From positions 1 to 32,246 of the forward strand of contig JALXCG010000886.1 in assembly GCA_026991065.1 (NCBI GenBank): a stretch of DNA of 32,246 nucleotides. The letters run 5' to 3'. Shown one piece after another: positions 16,751-26,100 of this stretch (position 1 is its first letter; the number at the start of each line of letters is the position of its first letter). The notes below the pieces were generated by a model that ran no database searches, had not been told where the DNA came from, and saw only the letters and a program-made list of their open reading frames with translations. A program made the translations under genes and the position numbers. This DNA is from Gemmatimonadota bacterium (GTDB lineage: Bacteria > GCA-2686955).

Positions 16751-17368
16751 CTACTCGCCACTCTCGCCGTCGCCATCATGCGCCGGCCGAATAATCTCAT
16801 CGATCAGACTATATTCCTGAGCTTCCACGGCGCTCATGAAGAAGTTCCGATCCGTGTCTTTGCGCACCTGTTCGGCGTCCTTGTTGGTATGACGCGCCAG
16901 TATCTTGTTGAGTTCCGCACGCACTTTGAGCATCTCGCGAGCGTGAATCGCAATGTCCGAAGCCTGACCACCAATGCCGCCGACCGGTTGGTGAATCATA
17001 ACCCGAGAATGCTCAAGCGCAGTACGCTTACCCGGCGCGCCGGCGGCCAGAAGAATCGCGGCCATGGATGCCGCCATTCCCATGCAGCACGTGGCTACAT
17101 CCGGCTGGATGTACTGCATGGTATCGTAAATCGCCAACCCGGAAGACACCAGTCCGCCAGGAGAGTTGATGTAGAGGCTGATGTCTTGGTCTGGGTTGTC
17201 CGCCGCACAGAAAAGAAGCTGTGCAATGATGGCGTTGGCAACGTCATCATCAATCGGTGTGCCCAGGAAAATGATTCGGTCACGAAGTAGCCGAGTATAG
17301 ATATCCATCGGCTGATCGCCACGCGACGTCCGCTCCCAGACTCCCGGAATTCGATTGTAGGCCTTCAT
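16751..17368 (-). CDS. clpP: ATP-dependent Clp protease proteolytic subunit ClpP (triad Asp replaced by Asn)
   Basis: YINSPGG, AASMA (Ser101), IHQP (His126), DTDRNFFMS (Asn175). Confidence 0.97.
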   Translation of the reverse strand: MKAYNRIPGVWERTSRGDQPMDIYTRLLRDRIIFLGTPIDDDVANAIIAQLLFCAADNPDQDISLYINSPGGLVSSGLAIYDTMQYIQPDVATCCMGMAASMAAILLAAGAPGKRTALEHSRVMIHQPVGGIGGQASDIAIHAREMLKVRAELNKILARHTNKDAEQVRKDTDRNFFMSAVEAQEYSLIDEIIRPAHDGDGESGE

Positions 17369-17416
17369 CTGCTCTCCTCAACGGGACGGATCGCCAGCAA
17401 GGGACGCGACCCCAGA

Positions 17417-18697
17417 TTAGGATTCTTCAGTCATCTCTGCCAGGTCGAAGAGCATTTTGAATGTCTTCTCTTCCAATAGGTCGTCGTGGATGCGGGAGAG
17501 CTTGCCCTCCTTTTCCAGCGAAATGCGCATCTTCCGCGCGGGCAGGTTGTTGGCCTCGGCAACACCGGCAATCCGGGCATCCACCTCTTCATCATCGACC
17601 TCGATCGACTCGGCCTTCTGGATGGCCTCAAAAAGCAGGTGCTGCCGAATAAGCTGTTCAGCGGCCGTTCGATTCTGCTCACGCACGGCTTTGGGATCAA
17701 AACTGGCGGCGCGGCGGGGGTCCTTTTGCGCTTCGACGGAAGCGGCCTCAACGATGTTGTCGAGATAGTGCTCAACCATCGACTGGGGCAGATCAAAAGG
17801 ATTGCGCTCGATCAGTGTCCGCATGAGCTGTGCACGCATCGACTGCTCGATTCTTTGAGCTGCTTGCCTTTCAAGGTCAGCGCGAATCACGTCACGAAGA
17901 GCGTCAAGATTCTCGAAATCGCCAAGTTGTTGGGCGAATTCATCATCCAGGTTGGGTAGTTCCTTGACCTTTACTTCCTTAATCTTGAGGGAGAAAGTCA
18001 CACGCTTGCCGGCAAACGCGGGATCCCCCTCATCCTCGGGGAATTCAACGACCACTTCACGCTCATCTCCAACCCGAACACCGCGCAATGCTTCATCAAA
18101 CTCGGGGCGGGTCTGCTCATGCCCCACCGGAACCGAAAGACCCGTTCCGGAACCCTTCGGGATGCGAAGCCCGGTTTCATCGCGGGCAACCTGATCCATG
18201 ACAACAAGATCTGTAGGCTGCGCCTCGCGATCTTCAACGGCCGTGTAACGCGCATAACGATCCTGGACCGAATCCAGTGCTTTTTCCACGTCCTCGTCGG
18301 TGACCTCGATCTTCGGCCGGGTGATCGCCACGCCCTTGTAGTCAACGAATTCAATCTCTGGTTTGACTTCGACCACAGCTTCGATCGCCATGGGAGCACC
18401 AACCTTGAAATCGATCTTGTCGATCTGCGGATAACTGACCGGTTGCAGATTGGTCTCTCTCAAAGCACTGCGATAAGCCTCTTCGAGCAAGCGCTTGACC
18501 ACCTCTTCCTGAATGCGGTCGCCAAAAGACTTCTCCACCAGACTGCGCGGAACCTTGCCTTTGCGAAACCCGGGCAACGTGGCATTCCGCTGGAACTTGC
18601 GGGAGACTTCGTCGTACTCGCGGCTGACTTGGTCGGCCGGTACTTCGATCTGCATTCGGCGTTTCCAGGATGGCTCCTGAATTACTTCCACGTGCAC
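17417..18697 (-). CDS. tig: Trigger factor
   Basis: PGFRKGKVP ribosome-binding motif, FKBP-like domain, LDDEFA; GTG 18697 with GAGGA RBS; upstream of clpP. Confidence 0.97.
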   Translation of the reverse strand: MHVEVIQEPSWKRRMQIEVPADQVSREYDEVSRKFQRNATLPGFRKGKVPRSLVEKSFGDRIQEEVVKRLLEEAYRSALRETNLQPVSYPQIDKIDFKVGAPMAIEAVVEVKPEIEFVDYKGVAITRPKIEVTDEDVEKALDSVQDRYARYTAVEDREAQPTDLVVMDQVARDETGLRIPKGSGTGLSVPVGHEQTRPEFDEALRGVRVGDEREVVVEFPEDEGDPAFAGKRVTFSLKIKEVKVKELPNLDDEFAQQLGDFENLDALRDVIRADLERQAAQRIEQSMRAQLMRTLIERNPFDLPQSMVEHYLDNIVEAASVEAQKDPRRAASFDPKAVREQNRTAAEQLIRQHLLFEAIQKAESIEVDDEEVDARIAGVAEANNLPARKMRISLEKEGKLSRIHDDLLEEKTFKMLFDLAEMTEES

Positions 18698-18846
18698 GTC
18701 AATTCCTCGTTTAGAGCGCACCACAAGACCTGTGAGCGGCGGTCGACCGCCACGGCTTTGCGGCTTGGATAGAGTAGGCTGGCCTGCGGCGGGACTGGGC
18801 TACCGGAGGTGATCCTCCCCACCGCCCGAGACCCAACCTCCGATCA

Positions 18847-18931
18847 TGGTGCGAGAGGGGGGACTCGAACCCCCACGGGTTTCCCCACCGGAACCTAAAT
18901 CCGGCGCGTCTGCCAATTCCGCCACTCTCGC
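18847..18931 (-). tRNA. tRNA-Leu(TAG)
   Basis: GCGAGAG/CTCTCGC acceptor, CCGGA-TTTAGGT-TCCGG anticodon arm, variable arm, encoded CCA; usual position before tig. Confidence 0.96.
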
Positions 18932-19257
18932 TTTGTCCTCCTTTGATCCCCGCCTGTTGACCGGCTCGCCCACAGGAAGGTCTCAAAGGTCATTCAGCCC
19001 CCGGCCGGAACTGGCAAAGCAAGCAAGAAACAAGCCGGGAATATCGATTGAGTCCGGCAGTCTCTCACTTGAAAAGGGGGCTGGTCAAGCCTCGATCCAC
19101 CACCAAAACCCGGTTTAGGTCGTTGGCTGCGGGACTAACTCCTTGCAGCACGATGAGATGCATCCATCGCCGCTCCCTTGCCGGCAGTTGGGAGGAACCA
19201 AAACCGATGCGGTGGCCCGGAGCGACAAGCTCCTAGACCCAACACCAGCAGCAAGGG

Positions 19258-20871
19258 TCAGCCCTTGTCGGGGCGCTCCTCATACCAAGCGGCATTTCCG
19301 GAACCACCATAGGCACCAATATCGGAGCGCGGGCTGTTCGGAATGCCCGCGGGCCAGCGCGGATCTGTTTCGCTCAGAGCATCTTCGACAGCAGGATCGC
19401 CTTGGTCAACGCAGGGAGACAGGGGGATATACGTATCTCCACGCCAGCGACCTATGGGGTTGGGGACATGCTCGAAGGGACCCAACAATACAAGAGTCGG
19501 GGCCAGGTGTAGGTTGCCGCGACCGCTCCAACCGGCCTGCACATCACTGTAGGAAACGTCAACGGTCGCTTCGTCCAGGTCGATTTGATCGGGTGAATTG
19601 GACCACAGGATGGTGTTTCTGACCGTGAATTCGTGATCGAAAAGGCAGATGATGCCGCCACCACTCTGACCCGCGGAGTTGTCAATGATGGTGCTGTTGA
19701 AAACAACCGTGGCGGCGGCGAGATAGAGCCCGGCCCCCGTCTCGCCGGCGAAGTTCTGAGTCACGATGCAATTGCTGATCCGAACCGGGAAGCCAGTCCC
19801 CCCGAGAGTCTCTATCTGAATGGCGCCCCCGGAGCCGGTCGCGGTGTTGTCGGTGAAAGTGCAAGCCAGACAGGACATGGAATTGCTGGAGAGAGATGCT
19901 ATCGCCCCACCATCACCATTCGTGGTATTGCCGGCAAAACGACACCGGAGGAATGCCGGGCCGCTGTTGAAAATGCAGTAGACGCCCCCCCCAACCTCTT
20001 CACCATGATTGGAGCGGAATTCGCAATGATCGAGGGTCGGGGTGGAGTTGAACTGACAGTACATGCCCCCCCCTCGCGAACCGCTGACATTGCCCACGAT
20101 TTGGCAATCGACAAGGCTCGGCACCGAGCCTGCTTCCATGTAGATACCGCCACCACTGAATTCAGCTTGGTTGGCCTGAACCACGCAGAGCCGAAGATCC
20201 GGCGACGCCTCCCGGCAGTAGAGTCCGCCCCCGGATTCTGCGCTGTTGCGACTGATGAGGCAGGCCGTGATTTCCGGAGAGGAGCGGTGGCAGTGAATGC
20301 CAGATCCGTCGTTACCAACTATGGTACAGTCGTTTATCTTCGGCCGTCCCCCTGATGTGACGAAGACGCCTGCACCCAAACCATTGCCGCGATTGGCACG
20401 GATCAGGCAATGAGAAATGGTCGGCTGAGATTGATTCCGACAGGTGATGCCACCACCAACCCGGTCCGGCAGGAGATGGCCGGAGCCGCCGGTGATTGTG
20501 ACACCCGTGAGAACAGCCGTAGAGTCTTCTGCGCTGTGGAAATCAAAAACGGTTCCTTGATAGTCACCGTCAATCACCGTTGCGGCGACTTGCTCGGGAT
20601 TCTCGGGATCGATGCCGGAAACACGGATGGAAAGGCCTCTAAAGTCAATGGAGTACTCAACATAGGTGCCCGGGTCGATCAGAATCTCATCGCCGTCAAC
20701 GGAAGCATTGATGGCTTCCTGGATCGATGAATAGTCTGCCGGAACGCGAAAGGTAGCGCCCATCGAGTTTGGTGCATCAAGCCCAAGGGTCAGTGCTGGA
20801 ATCACGAGCAATGCACGGCGGAGCGTCCCCCAGCCCTGGAGTCTCTGCTGTTTCACTAGATGTCGTCGCAT
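19258..20871 (-). CDS. Secreted right-handed parallel beta-helix repeat protein (pectin-lyase-like fold, Pmp-like GGA(I)/FxxN repeats)
   Basis: Signal-like N-terminus from ATG 20871, VPADYSSIQEAIN cap, about 11 repeats GGG(I)xC..S.P....C.I..N, C-terminal SPCVDQGDP...SDIGAYGG. Confidence 0.85.
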   Translation of the reverse strand: MRRHLVKQQRLQGWGTLRRALLVIPALTLGLDAPNSMGATFRVPADYSSIQEAINASVDGDEILIDPGTYVEYSIDFRGLSIRVSGIDPENPEQVAATVIDGDYQGTVFDFHSAEDSTAVLTGVTITGGSGHLLPDRVGGGITCRNQSQPTISHCLIRANRGNGLGAGVFVTSGGRPKINDCTIVGNDGSGIHCHRSSPEITACLISRNSAESGGGLYCREASPDLRLCVVQANQAEFSGGGIYMEAGSVPSLVDCQIVGNVSGSRGGGMYCQFNSTPTLDHCEFRSNHGEEVGGGVYCIFNSGPAFLRCRFAGNTTNGDGGAIASLSSNSMSCLACTFTDNTATGSGGAIQIETLGGTGFPVRISNCIVTQNFAGETGAGLYLAAATVVFNSTIIDNSAGQSGGGIICLFDHEFTVRNTILWSNSPDQIDLDEATVDVSYSDVQAGWSGRGNLHLAPTLVLLGPFEHVPNPIGRWRGDTYIPLSPCVDQGDPAVEDALSETDPRWPAGIPNSPRSDIGAYGGSGNAAWYEERPDKG

Positions 20872-21093
20872 TTCGTGGAAACCGTGGATCTGGACAGCCA
20901 AAAAGACCTCTCGATATTCAAGAACTTCTCCCTGGCGCCGATCCGGCGTCCCCCAAGCGGTTCTCTGCGCGAAGAATAACCTCTTTGGAGAGCGAAAAAA
21001 AGAGGGAGACTGTGCCATTCAGTGGATCACCGTCGGCACTCTGAGTCCGGGAGCGGCTGCGAGTGGCAGCAGGAAAAGAACTACACTGCTCCC

Positions 21094-21915
21094 ATGCAAC
21101 GCAAGCAGGCATCTTCTCTCAAGCTCCTGGTCGGAACCTCCGGCTATTCCTACGCGGATTGGGTCGGCCCGGTCTATCCTCCCGGTATCCCCCGGTCTCA
21201 GTGGCTCAACCACTACGCCGATCGCTTTCGGACCGTCGAGATAAACTCAACCTACTATGGCGTGTCCAAGCCCTCCACCTACGCTCGGATGCGAGCGACG
21301 GTGGGAGAGGATTTTGTTTTCAGCGTGAAGGCACCGGGAACCCTGACCCACGACCGCTCTGCCGCACCGTTGCCGCTCGTGCGTGACTTCGCCGCCGGCG
21401 TGGCTCCGCTGCGGGCCACAGCGGTGTTATTGCAGTTTCCTTTCTCCTTTCACTATGAACCTAAGACCCGGATCTATCTGGCGCGACTATTGGATGCCTT
21501 CGCGGAGCAGATGCCCCAGGTACAGCCCGTGGTAGAAGTACGTCATCACTCCTGGATCCAGGCATCTTTCCTGGCGGGATTGCGAGCCCGCGGTGTGGCC
21601 TTCGCCAATGTTGACCTGCCGGCGTTGCGGGGATTGCCTCCAACCACGGGGGCGGCAATGACAGCAAAACTCGGCTACGTGCGATTGCATGGCCGCAATG
21701 CGGCCAAGTGGTGGCGGCACAAGGAGGCCTGGGAGCGTTACGACTATTCCTACAAGCGCGAGGAACTGAAGATCTGGGTGCCCCGCGTGCGCCGGATGCT
21801 GGCTGCGGCGGAGCAGGTTCTTGTTTATGCGAACAACCACTTCCAGGGGCAGGCGGTAGCAACGATCGAGTTGCTGGAAGAACTCTTCGAGGAGGCGGAG
21901 ATCACCGCAGGATGA
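21094..21915 (+). CDS. DUF72 (YecE family) protein
   Basis: VGTSGYSY.DW, TVEINSTYY, FSVKA, LLQFP.SF, VEVRH.SW, YVRLHGRN, RYDYSY, NNH motifs. Confidence 0.93.
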   Translation: MQRKQASSLKLLVGTSGYSYADWVGPVYPPGIPRSQWLNHYADRFRTVEINSTYYGVSKPSTYARMRATVGEDFVFSVKAPGTLTHDRSAAPLPLVRDFAAGVAPLRATAVLLQFPFSFHYEPKTRIYLARLLDAFAEQMPQVQPVVEVRHHSWIQASFLAGLRARGVAFANVDLPALRGLPPTTGAAMTAKLGYVRLHGRNAAKWWRHKEAWERYDYSYKREELKIWVPRVRRMLAAAEQVLVYANNHFQGQAVATIELLEELFEEAEITAG

Positions 21916-23836
21916 CCAGGCGGCGTAGATCATCGGTGTGCCCCGCCCGCAGCCGAACCCAGTAGACACCGGAAGGGACAGGCGCTCCCCGAGCGGTGGT
22001 GCCTGACCAAACAAACTCGTGCCGACCAGCGGCCAGAGAGCCATGTTGCAAGCGCCGCACCATCGCTCCAGCCAGGTTGTAGACCGAGATCTCCGCATCT
22101 CCGACTGCCACCGGAACCTCTACAGCAATATGCACCTGTGGGTTGGCTGGAACCGGGGCAGGCGGAAGAAGACGCGGGGCACGGCCAGGATCGGATGATC
22201 GACCAGGGGCAGAATCCGGTCCCGTGATACCAACGCTGCCGGAGAGATAGAGTTCAACATAGAGATCACCACTGAGGGCCGGTTTCTCTACGGTCTGCCA
22301 CGTATCGCTGTCGCACACGCGAACCCAATGACGCCGAAAGCTACCGGCATCCTGTTCCCCATCAACGGCAATTGACTCGCAGTCGGGAAAGGGCAAGGGC
22401 TGGCGGATAACCACGTAGACCGGATCAGACAGCAGCGTGGTACTGTCCGGCAGAGGAATCGCCACGAAACCGTTGCCGCCACGAGCAACCACCGCGCGAC
22501 TGTACTCGATCGCGGCATCCGGAGCACCGTCGGCATCCGCGCCGATCAGTTGCACTTCCACCACTTGCTTCTCGTTGTCCGGCCAGCCGCCCCAGAAATT
22601 GACCCGCACAAGAGAAGCGTTCAACCCCAAATAGTCCGCCACATCGAACCGCACTGCCCATTCACCGGCGTCCTCGAGTGCATAGGCATCAGCCGGTTGC
22701 CCACCTTCAAAAGCCGCCAGAACCGCCGAGGTGTCCCAGGTGGAGTGGACCAGGAAGGAGCGAGAAACCGGTTCGATGCCGGAAGACGGTAGAGCTGTAG
22801 CGACAAGGTCGTAAAGCCCGGGCCGGGGTGGAACCCAAGAGTTGAGGCGAGCCACCTCCTGCCCATGGCCGGCGATCACCACCGAGTCCGGCGGCGAGAG
22901 ATCATAGATCGTACCGTCGGCGCGAGCGGTGACGGTTGCCTGCAGGAAGGTAGAACGCTCCGACTCGGCGGGATTCCCAAGCAGGATCTCCGGCGTCAAG
23001 GTGGCACCCCGGTGAAGGGAGAAGTCCGGGGAGCGAACCTCCAGCGCCGCGATTGGCGACTCGTTCGCGGGCCGACGAATCAGTAGACCTTCGCCCGCGT
23101 GCGGGGCGGAGGCCAAAGTCCAACCATCCAACCCGCGAGCATCGCCCATACCAACAATCCACTCGTCCGGCAGGATCGCCGGCAGAGCACGCCAGATGAA
23201 CCGAATCTCCCCACTTGGGTAGAGACGAGCCTGGAGGGTGTAAGGACCTTGTCCGCCGACATCCGTCAGGCCATGCCATTCCACCACCGCGGAGTCGGCC
23301 GTGGCGTGAAAGTAGATGCCGCCCGCACCGACAACCAGATCGGCCCAGAACGGTGCCAAGGTCGCGTGCGGTTGAAGAATGCATGGAAACGGGGTGGGCC
23401 GAGCCCCCACGTATGACCGAAGATTGGATCCCTGCAGAGAGAGAAAGCCGTTCACGCCCACAGCCAAGGTGTCATACATGGAGTAGTAAAAGGGAAAGCT
23501 GAACGGCAACACCAGATCACGCACCACTGCGTCATCATGGAGCGGGTTCAAACGCCAGGACAGGCTGTCGATCGCTCCCCCGCCGGCATCGGTAAAAGAC
23601 ACCCTCTCACTGCCCAACAGATCGTCATCCCAGGGCCCCGCACAGGGTTCGCAAGACACTCCGGCAAGCGCCGCCGGCGCGGAGGTGCCATCACCGAAGG
23701 CTGAACGGAGCAGCAGACTCGAATCCTCTCGGACCGACGGCGGGTTCTCCGCTGCCTGCTGCCGTGAAACCAGGCGGGGAGACGTGCCGGCCAGGAGAAA
23801 CGGCACCAGGAGCGCGGGAAAAACTGCGGACATCAT
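21902..23836 (-). CDS. Secreted multidomain protein: nidogen(NIDO)-like domain, Ig-like domains, C-terminal FlgD-Ig/T9SS-like domain
   Basis: Start ATG 23836 overlaps recO stop; signal peptide; LPFSFPFY...VNGFLSL...APFWADL...VVEW...LYPSGEIRF; ends VYNLAG.MVRRL..G.LAAGRHEFVWSG...VPSGVYWVRL...RRLVILR. Confidence 0.75.
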   Translation of the reverse strand: MMSAVFPALLVPFLLAGTSPRLVSRQQAAENPPSVREDSSLLLRSAFGDGTSAPAALAGVSCEPCAGPWDDDLLGSERVSFTDAGGGAIDSLSWRLNPLHDDAVVRDLVLPFSFPFYYSMYDTLAVGVNGFLSLQGSNLRSYVGARPTPFPCILQPHATLAPFWADLVVGAGGIYFHATADSAVVEWHGLTDVGGQGPYTLQARLYPSGEIRFIWRALPAILPDEWIVGMGDARGLDGWTLASAPHAGEGLLIRRPANESPIAALEVRSPDFSLHRGATLTPEILLGNPAESERSTFLQATVTARADGTIYDLSPPDSVVIAGHGQEVARLNSWVPPRPGLYDLVATALPSSGIEPVSRSFLVHSTWDTSAVLAAFEGGQPADAYALEDAGEWAVRFDVADYLGLNASLVRVNFWGGWPDNEKQVVEVQLIGADADGAPDAAIEYSRAVVARGGNGFVAIPLPDSTTLLSDPVYVVIRQPLPFPDCESIAVDGEQDAGSFRRHWVRVCDSDTWQTVEKPALSGDLYVELYLSGSVGITGPDSAPGRSSDPGRAPRLLPPAPVPANPQVHIAVEVPVAVGDAEISVYNLAGAMVRRLQHGSLAAGRHEFVWSGTTARGAPVPSGVYWVRLRAGHTDDLRRLVILR

Positions 23837-24690
23837 TCGCTCCCCGGGTAAGGATGAGATAGGGCTCCGCCACATGCTTGGAGGGTGTCGAGGGCGGGCA
23901 GAGGAACATCCCCGCCGACCGGCCAGGTAATGAGTCGCCGCAGAATGACACCCACCTGCATCGCCTCGCGTGGAGAAAGCTCCCGGCCGGCCCGCGGATC
24001 CACAATCCGGCCGGAGGCTCCCGCCAATGCTAGCAGCGTGGAGAGAATCGACCGGGAAAGGGGTTCCAGCGCCGCGGGGTCGGACCTTCCCGCACAGCTT
24101 CTGCAAACCGTTCCTCCCGCCGAAAGCGAGAGCGCAACGAGATCCACCGCCGGGATGGCGACCGAAGTGGCGCCGCGATCCGGAGCCCTCTGCCCCCCTC
24201 CTGCCGAATCACCGGCGCCGCATGCAACACAGCGATCGAGAACCGGCAGATGCCCGGAGAGAGCCAGGGTACGGAGCGCGAACCACCACAAGAATACTCG
24301 ATCCCCGGCCTTGCCGCGATCCAGGGCAGCCAGCCCGGTCGCCAGGTGGTTGTAGAGTTCGCCGCCTTCAGCATAGTGCAGGCGCACAATTTCCAGTAGA
24401 AAGAGGGCGCGCAGCAAGCGTTCCAGATTGCGTCGAAAGGTAACGTGGGCATCGATCAAGTCGGCCTGGTAAACCACCGGAATACCATCGTCGGCAAAAC
24501 CCCGGGCAGACAGGATCAGTTGGCTTCGGGCGGTTGTGTCGAGGGCGGCGCCGGTGCGGCGAAAATCTTTCAGGGCACCGCGTGCACGCACCACCCTCTT
24601 GCCCCGGCTGTCAGTCAGAATCGTAACCAACAAACTGGTTTCGCCGACGGGACGGGATCCGCAGACAATGCCTTCAAGCTCTACCATCAT
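23833..24690 (-). CDS. recO: DNA repair protein RecO
   Basis: EGIV...GETSLLVTILT..RGK...ARGA OB-fold start; GHLP.L.RCVAC...GGTVCRSC zinc finger. Confidence 0.88.
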   Translation of the reverse strand: MMVELEGIVCGSRPVGETSLLVTILTDSRGKRVVRARGALKDFRRTGAALDTTARSQLILSARGFADDGIPVVYQADLIDAHVTFRRNLERLLRALFLLEIVRLHYAEGGELYNHLATGLAALDRGKAGDRVFLWWFALRTLALSGHLPVLDRCVACGAGDSAGGGQRAPDRGATSVAIPAVDLVALSLSAGGTVCRSCAGRSDPAALEPLSRSILSTLLALAGASGRIVDPRAGRELSPREAMQVGVILRRLITWPVGGDVPLPALDTLQACGGALSHPYPGSE

Positions 24691-24703
24691 GCGCGGCCAT
24701 CCG

Positions 24704-26068
24704 TCAGTGATTCACCAGGCCGAAAAGGATCGTAGCCAAACTGAAATAGAGCAGAATGCCAAGCACATCGTTGGCCGTCGTGATGAATGGACCGGTGGCC
24801 ACGGCCGGGTCGATACCGATGCGATCGAGAAGCAGCGGAAGGCTGGAGCCGATCACGGACGCGGAGCAACCAACCCCCAACATGGCCAAACCAACAACAA
24901 GCCCCATGCCGAGATCGTGAAACCACAAGAACGCAACCGACGCGGCCAGCGTCCCACACACCAAGCCAATGGTCATGCCGACTCGCAGTTCCCGCAAGAT
25001 CGGCCTCCATACGCCGGAATAGGAGAGATCGCCCGTCGTCATCGCACGAATGACGATGGTCGACGACTGAATCCCGATGTTGCCCCCGAGTGCCGCCACC
25101 GCCGGCACAAAGAACGCCAGCCCCAGGGCGAGTTTCAGTATGCCCGAAAACATCGACATGAAGTACCCGGATGTGAGCCCGCCGGCCAGCCCCACGATGA
25201 CCCACGGCAGACGCACTTGGGCGATGCGCAAAGCGGAACGCTCCGCTACCTCGCGACTGCTCGATCCGGCCATGCGAAGAATGTCCTCCGTGGCCTCGTC
25301 GGAGATCACATCAATCACATCGTCGAAAGTGACGCGCCCCACCAAGCGCCCGTCCGCATCCACCACCGGCAACGCAACCAGGTTGTAGCGAGCCATCAAT
25401 TGCGCCACCTCTTCCTGGTCCAGATCCACGTTGCAAGAGACCAGGGGTGCCTGAATCAAAGCCGACACCGGCGCATGCTTGGCGGCCGTCACCAGACGAT
25501 GCAGGGGCAAGCGCCCCACCAAGCGGCCTTCCTTGTCGATCACATAGACCACAAAGACATCGTCGTGCGGAGTCTGCAATCCACGCAATTGCCGGATCGC
25601 GTCCTCGGCGGTTGCGTCGAATGGAACCGTGACCACCTCCGGGGTCATGATGCCGCCGGCTGTGTCTTCGCCATAGTCCAGAAGCTTGGTGACGAGCTGC
25701 TTCTCCGGCTCGTCCAGATCTTCGAGCACCGCCCCGCGCTGGGTTTCGGAAAGAGCGCCGATCACATCCGCGGCGTCGTCCGCGGCCATGGTTTCTACCG
25801 CTTCGCTGATGCTCTCCGTGCTCATCTCTTCGAGCACATCTTCCATCGCCTGGTCGGAAAGCTCAGCCAGGGCATCTCCCGCCTCCTGCCCCTTGAGCGC
25901 ACTGAGGATTTGCGATCCATCCTCGGGAGAAACCGATTCGATCAGATCCGCAACATCTTCGGCATGCAAGGAAGCCAGCAGGGCGCGAAGCGCCGCAGGA
26001 TCACCTTGATCGAGAGCGTGACGGATTGCATCACGGGAGGGGGCGGGCGAGGGGGTCGTGCTGTCCAT
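24704..26068 (-). CDS. mgtE: Magnesium transporter MgtE
   Basis: Acidic N-domain, YGEDTAGGIMT, CBS pair, RLPW, GGNIGIQS, DPAVATGPFITTAND. Confidence 0.97.
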   Translation of the reverse strand: MDSTTPSPAPSRDAIRHALDQGDPAALRALLASLHAEDVADLIESVSPEDGSQILSALKGQEAGDALAELSDQAMEDVLEEMSTESISEAVETMAADDAADVIGALSETQRGAVLEDLDEPEKQLVTKLLDYGEDTAGGIMTPEVVTVPFDATAEDAIRQLRGLQTPHDDVFVVYVIDKEGRLVGRLPLHRLVTAAKHAPVSALIQAPLVSCNVDLDQEEVAQLMARYNLVALPVVDADGRLVGRVTFDDVIDVISDEATEDILRMAGSSSREVAERSALRIAQVRLPWVIVGLAGGLTSGYFMSMFSGILKLALGLAFFVPAVAALGGNIGIQSSTIVIRAMTTGDLSYSGVWRPILRELRVGMTIGLVCGTLAASVAFLWFHDLGMGLVVGLAMLGVGCSASVIGSSLPLLLDRIGIDPAVATGPFITTANDVLGILLYFSLATILFGLVNH

Positions 26069-26100
26069 CCGCCCAGCTTAGCGCACCCGGGACTCGGTAC

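Noticed and set aside
19102..19206. Cloverleaf-like fold with repeated ACCAAAACC downstream of the beta-helix gene
   Set aside because: No T-loop, D-loop or CCA; stems are short or loopless palindromes and plausible by chance at this GC content.
20960..21016. Glycine riboswitch-like CTCT..GGAGAG words
   Set aside because: Lacks the CCGAAG and CTCTCAGG core elements; adjacent genes unrelated to glycine.
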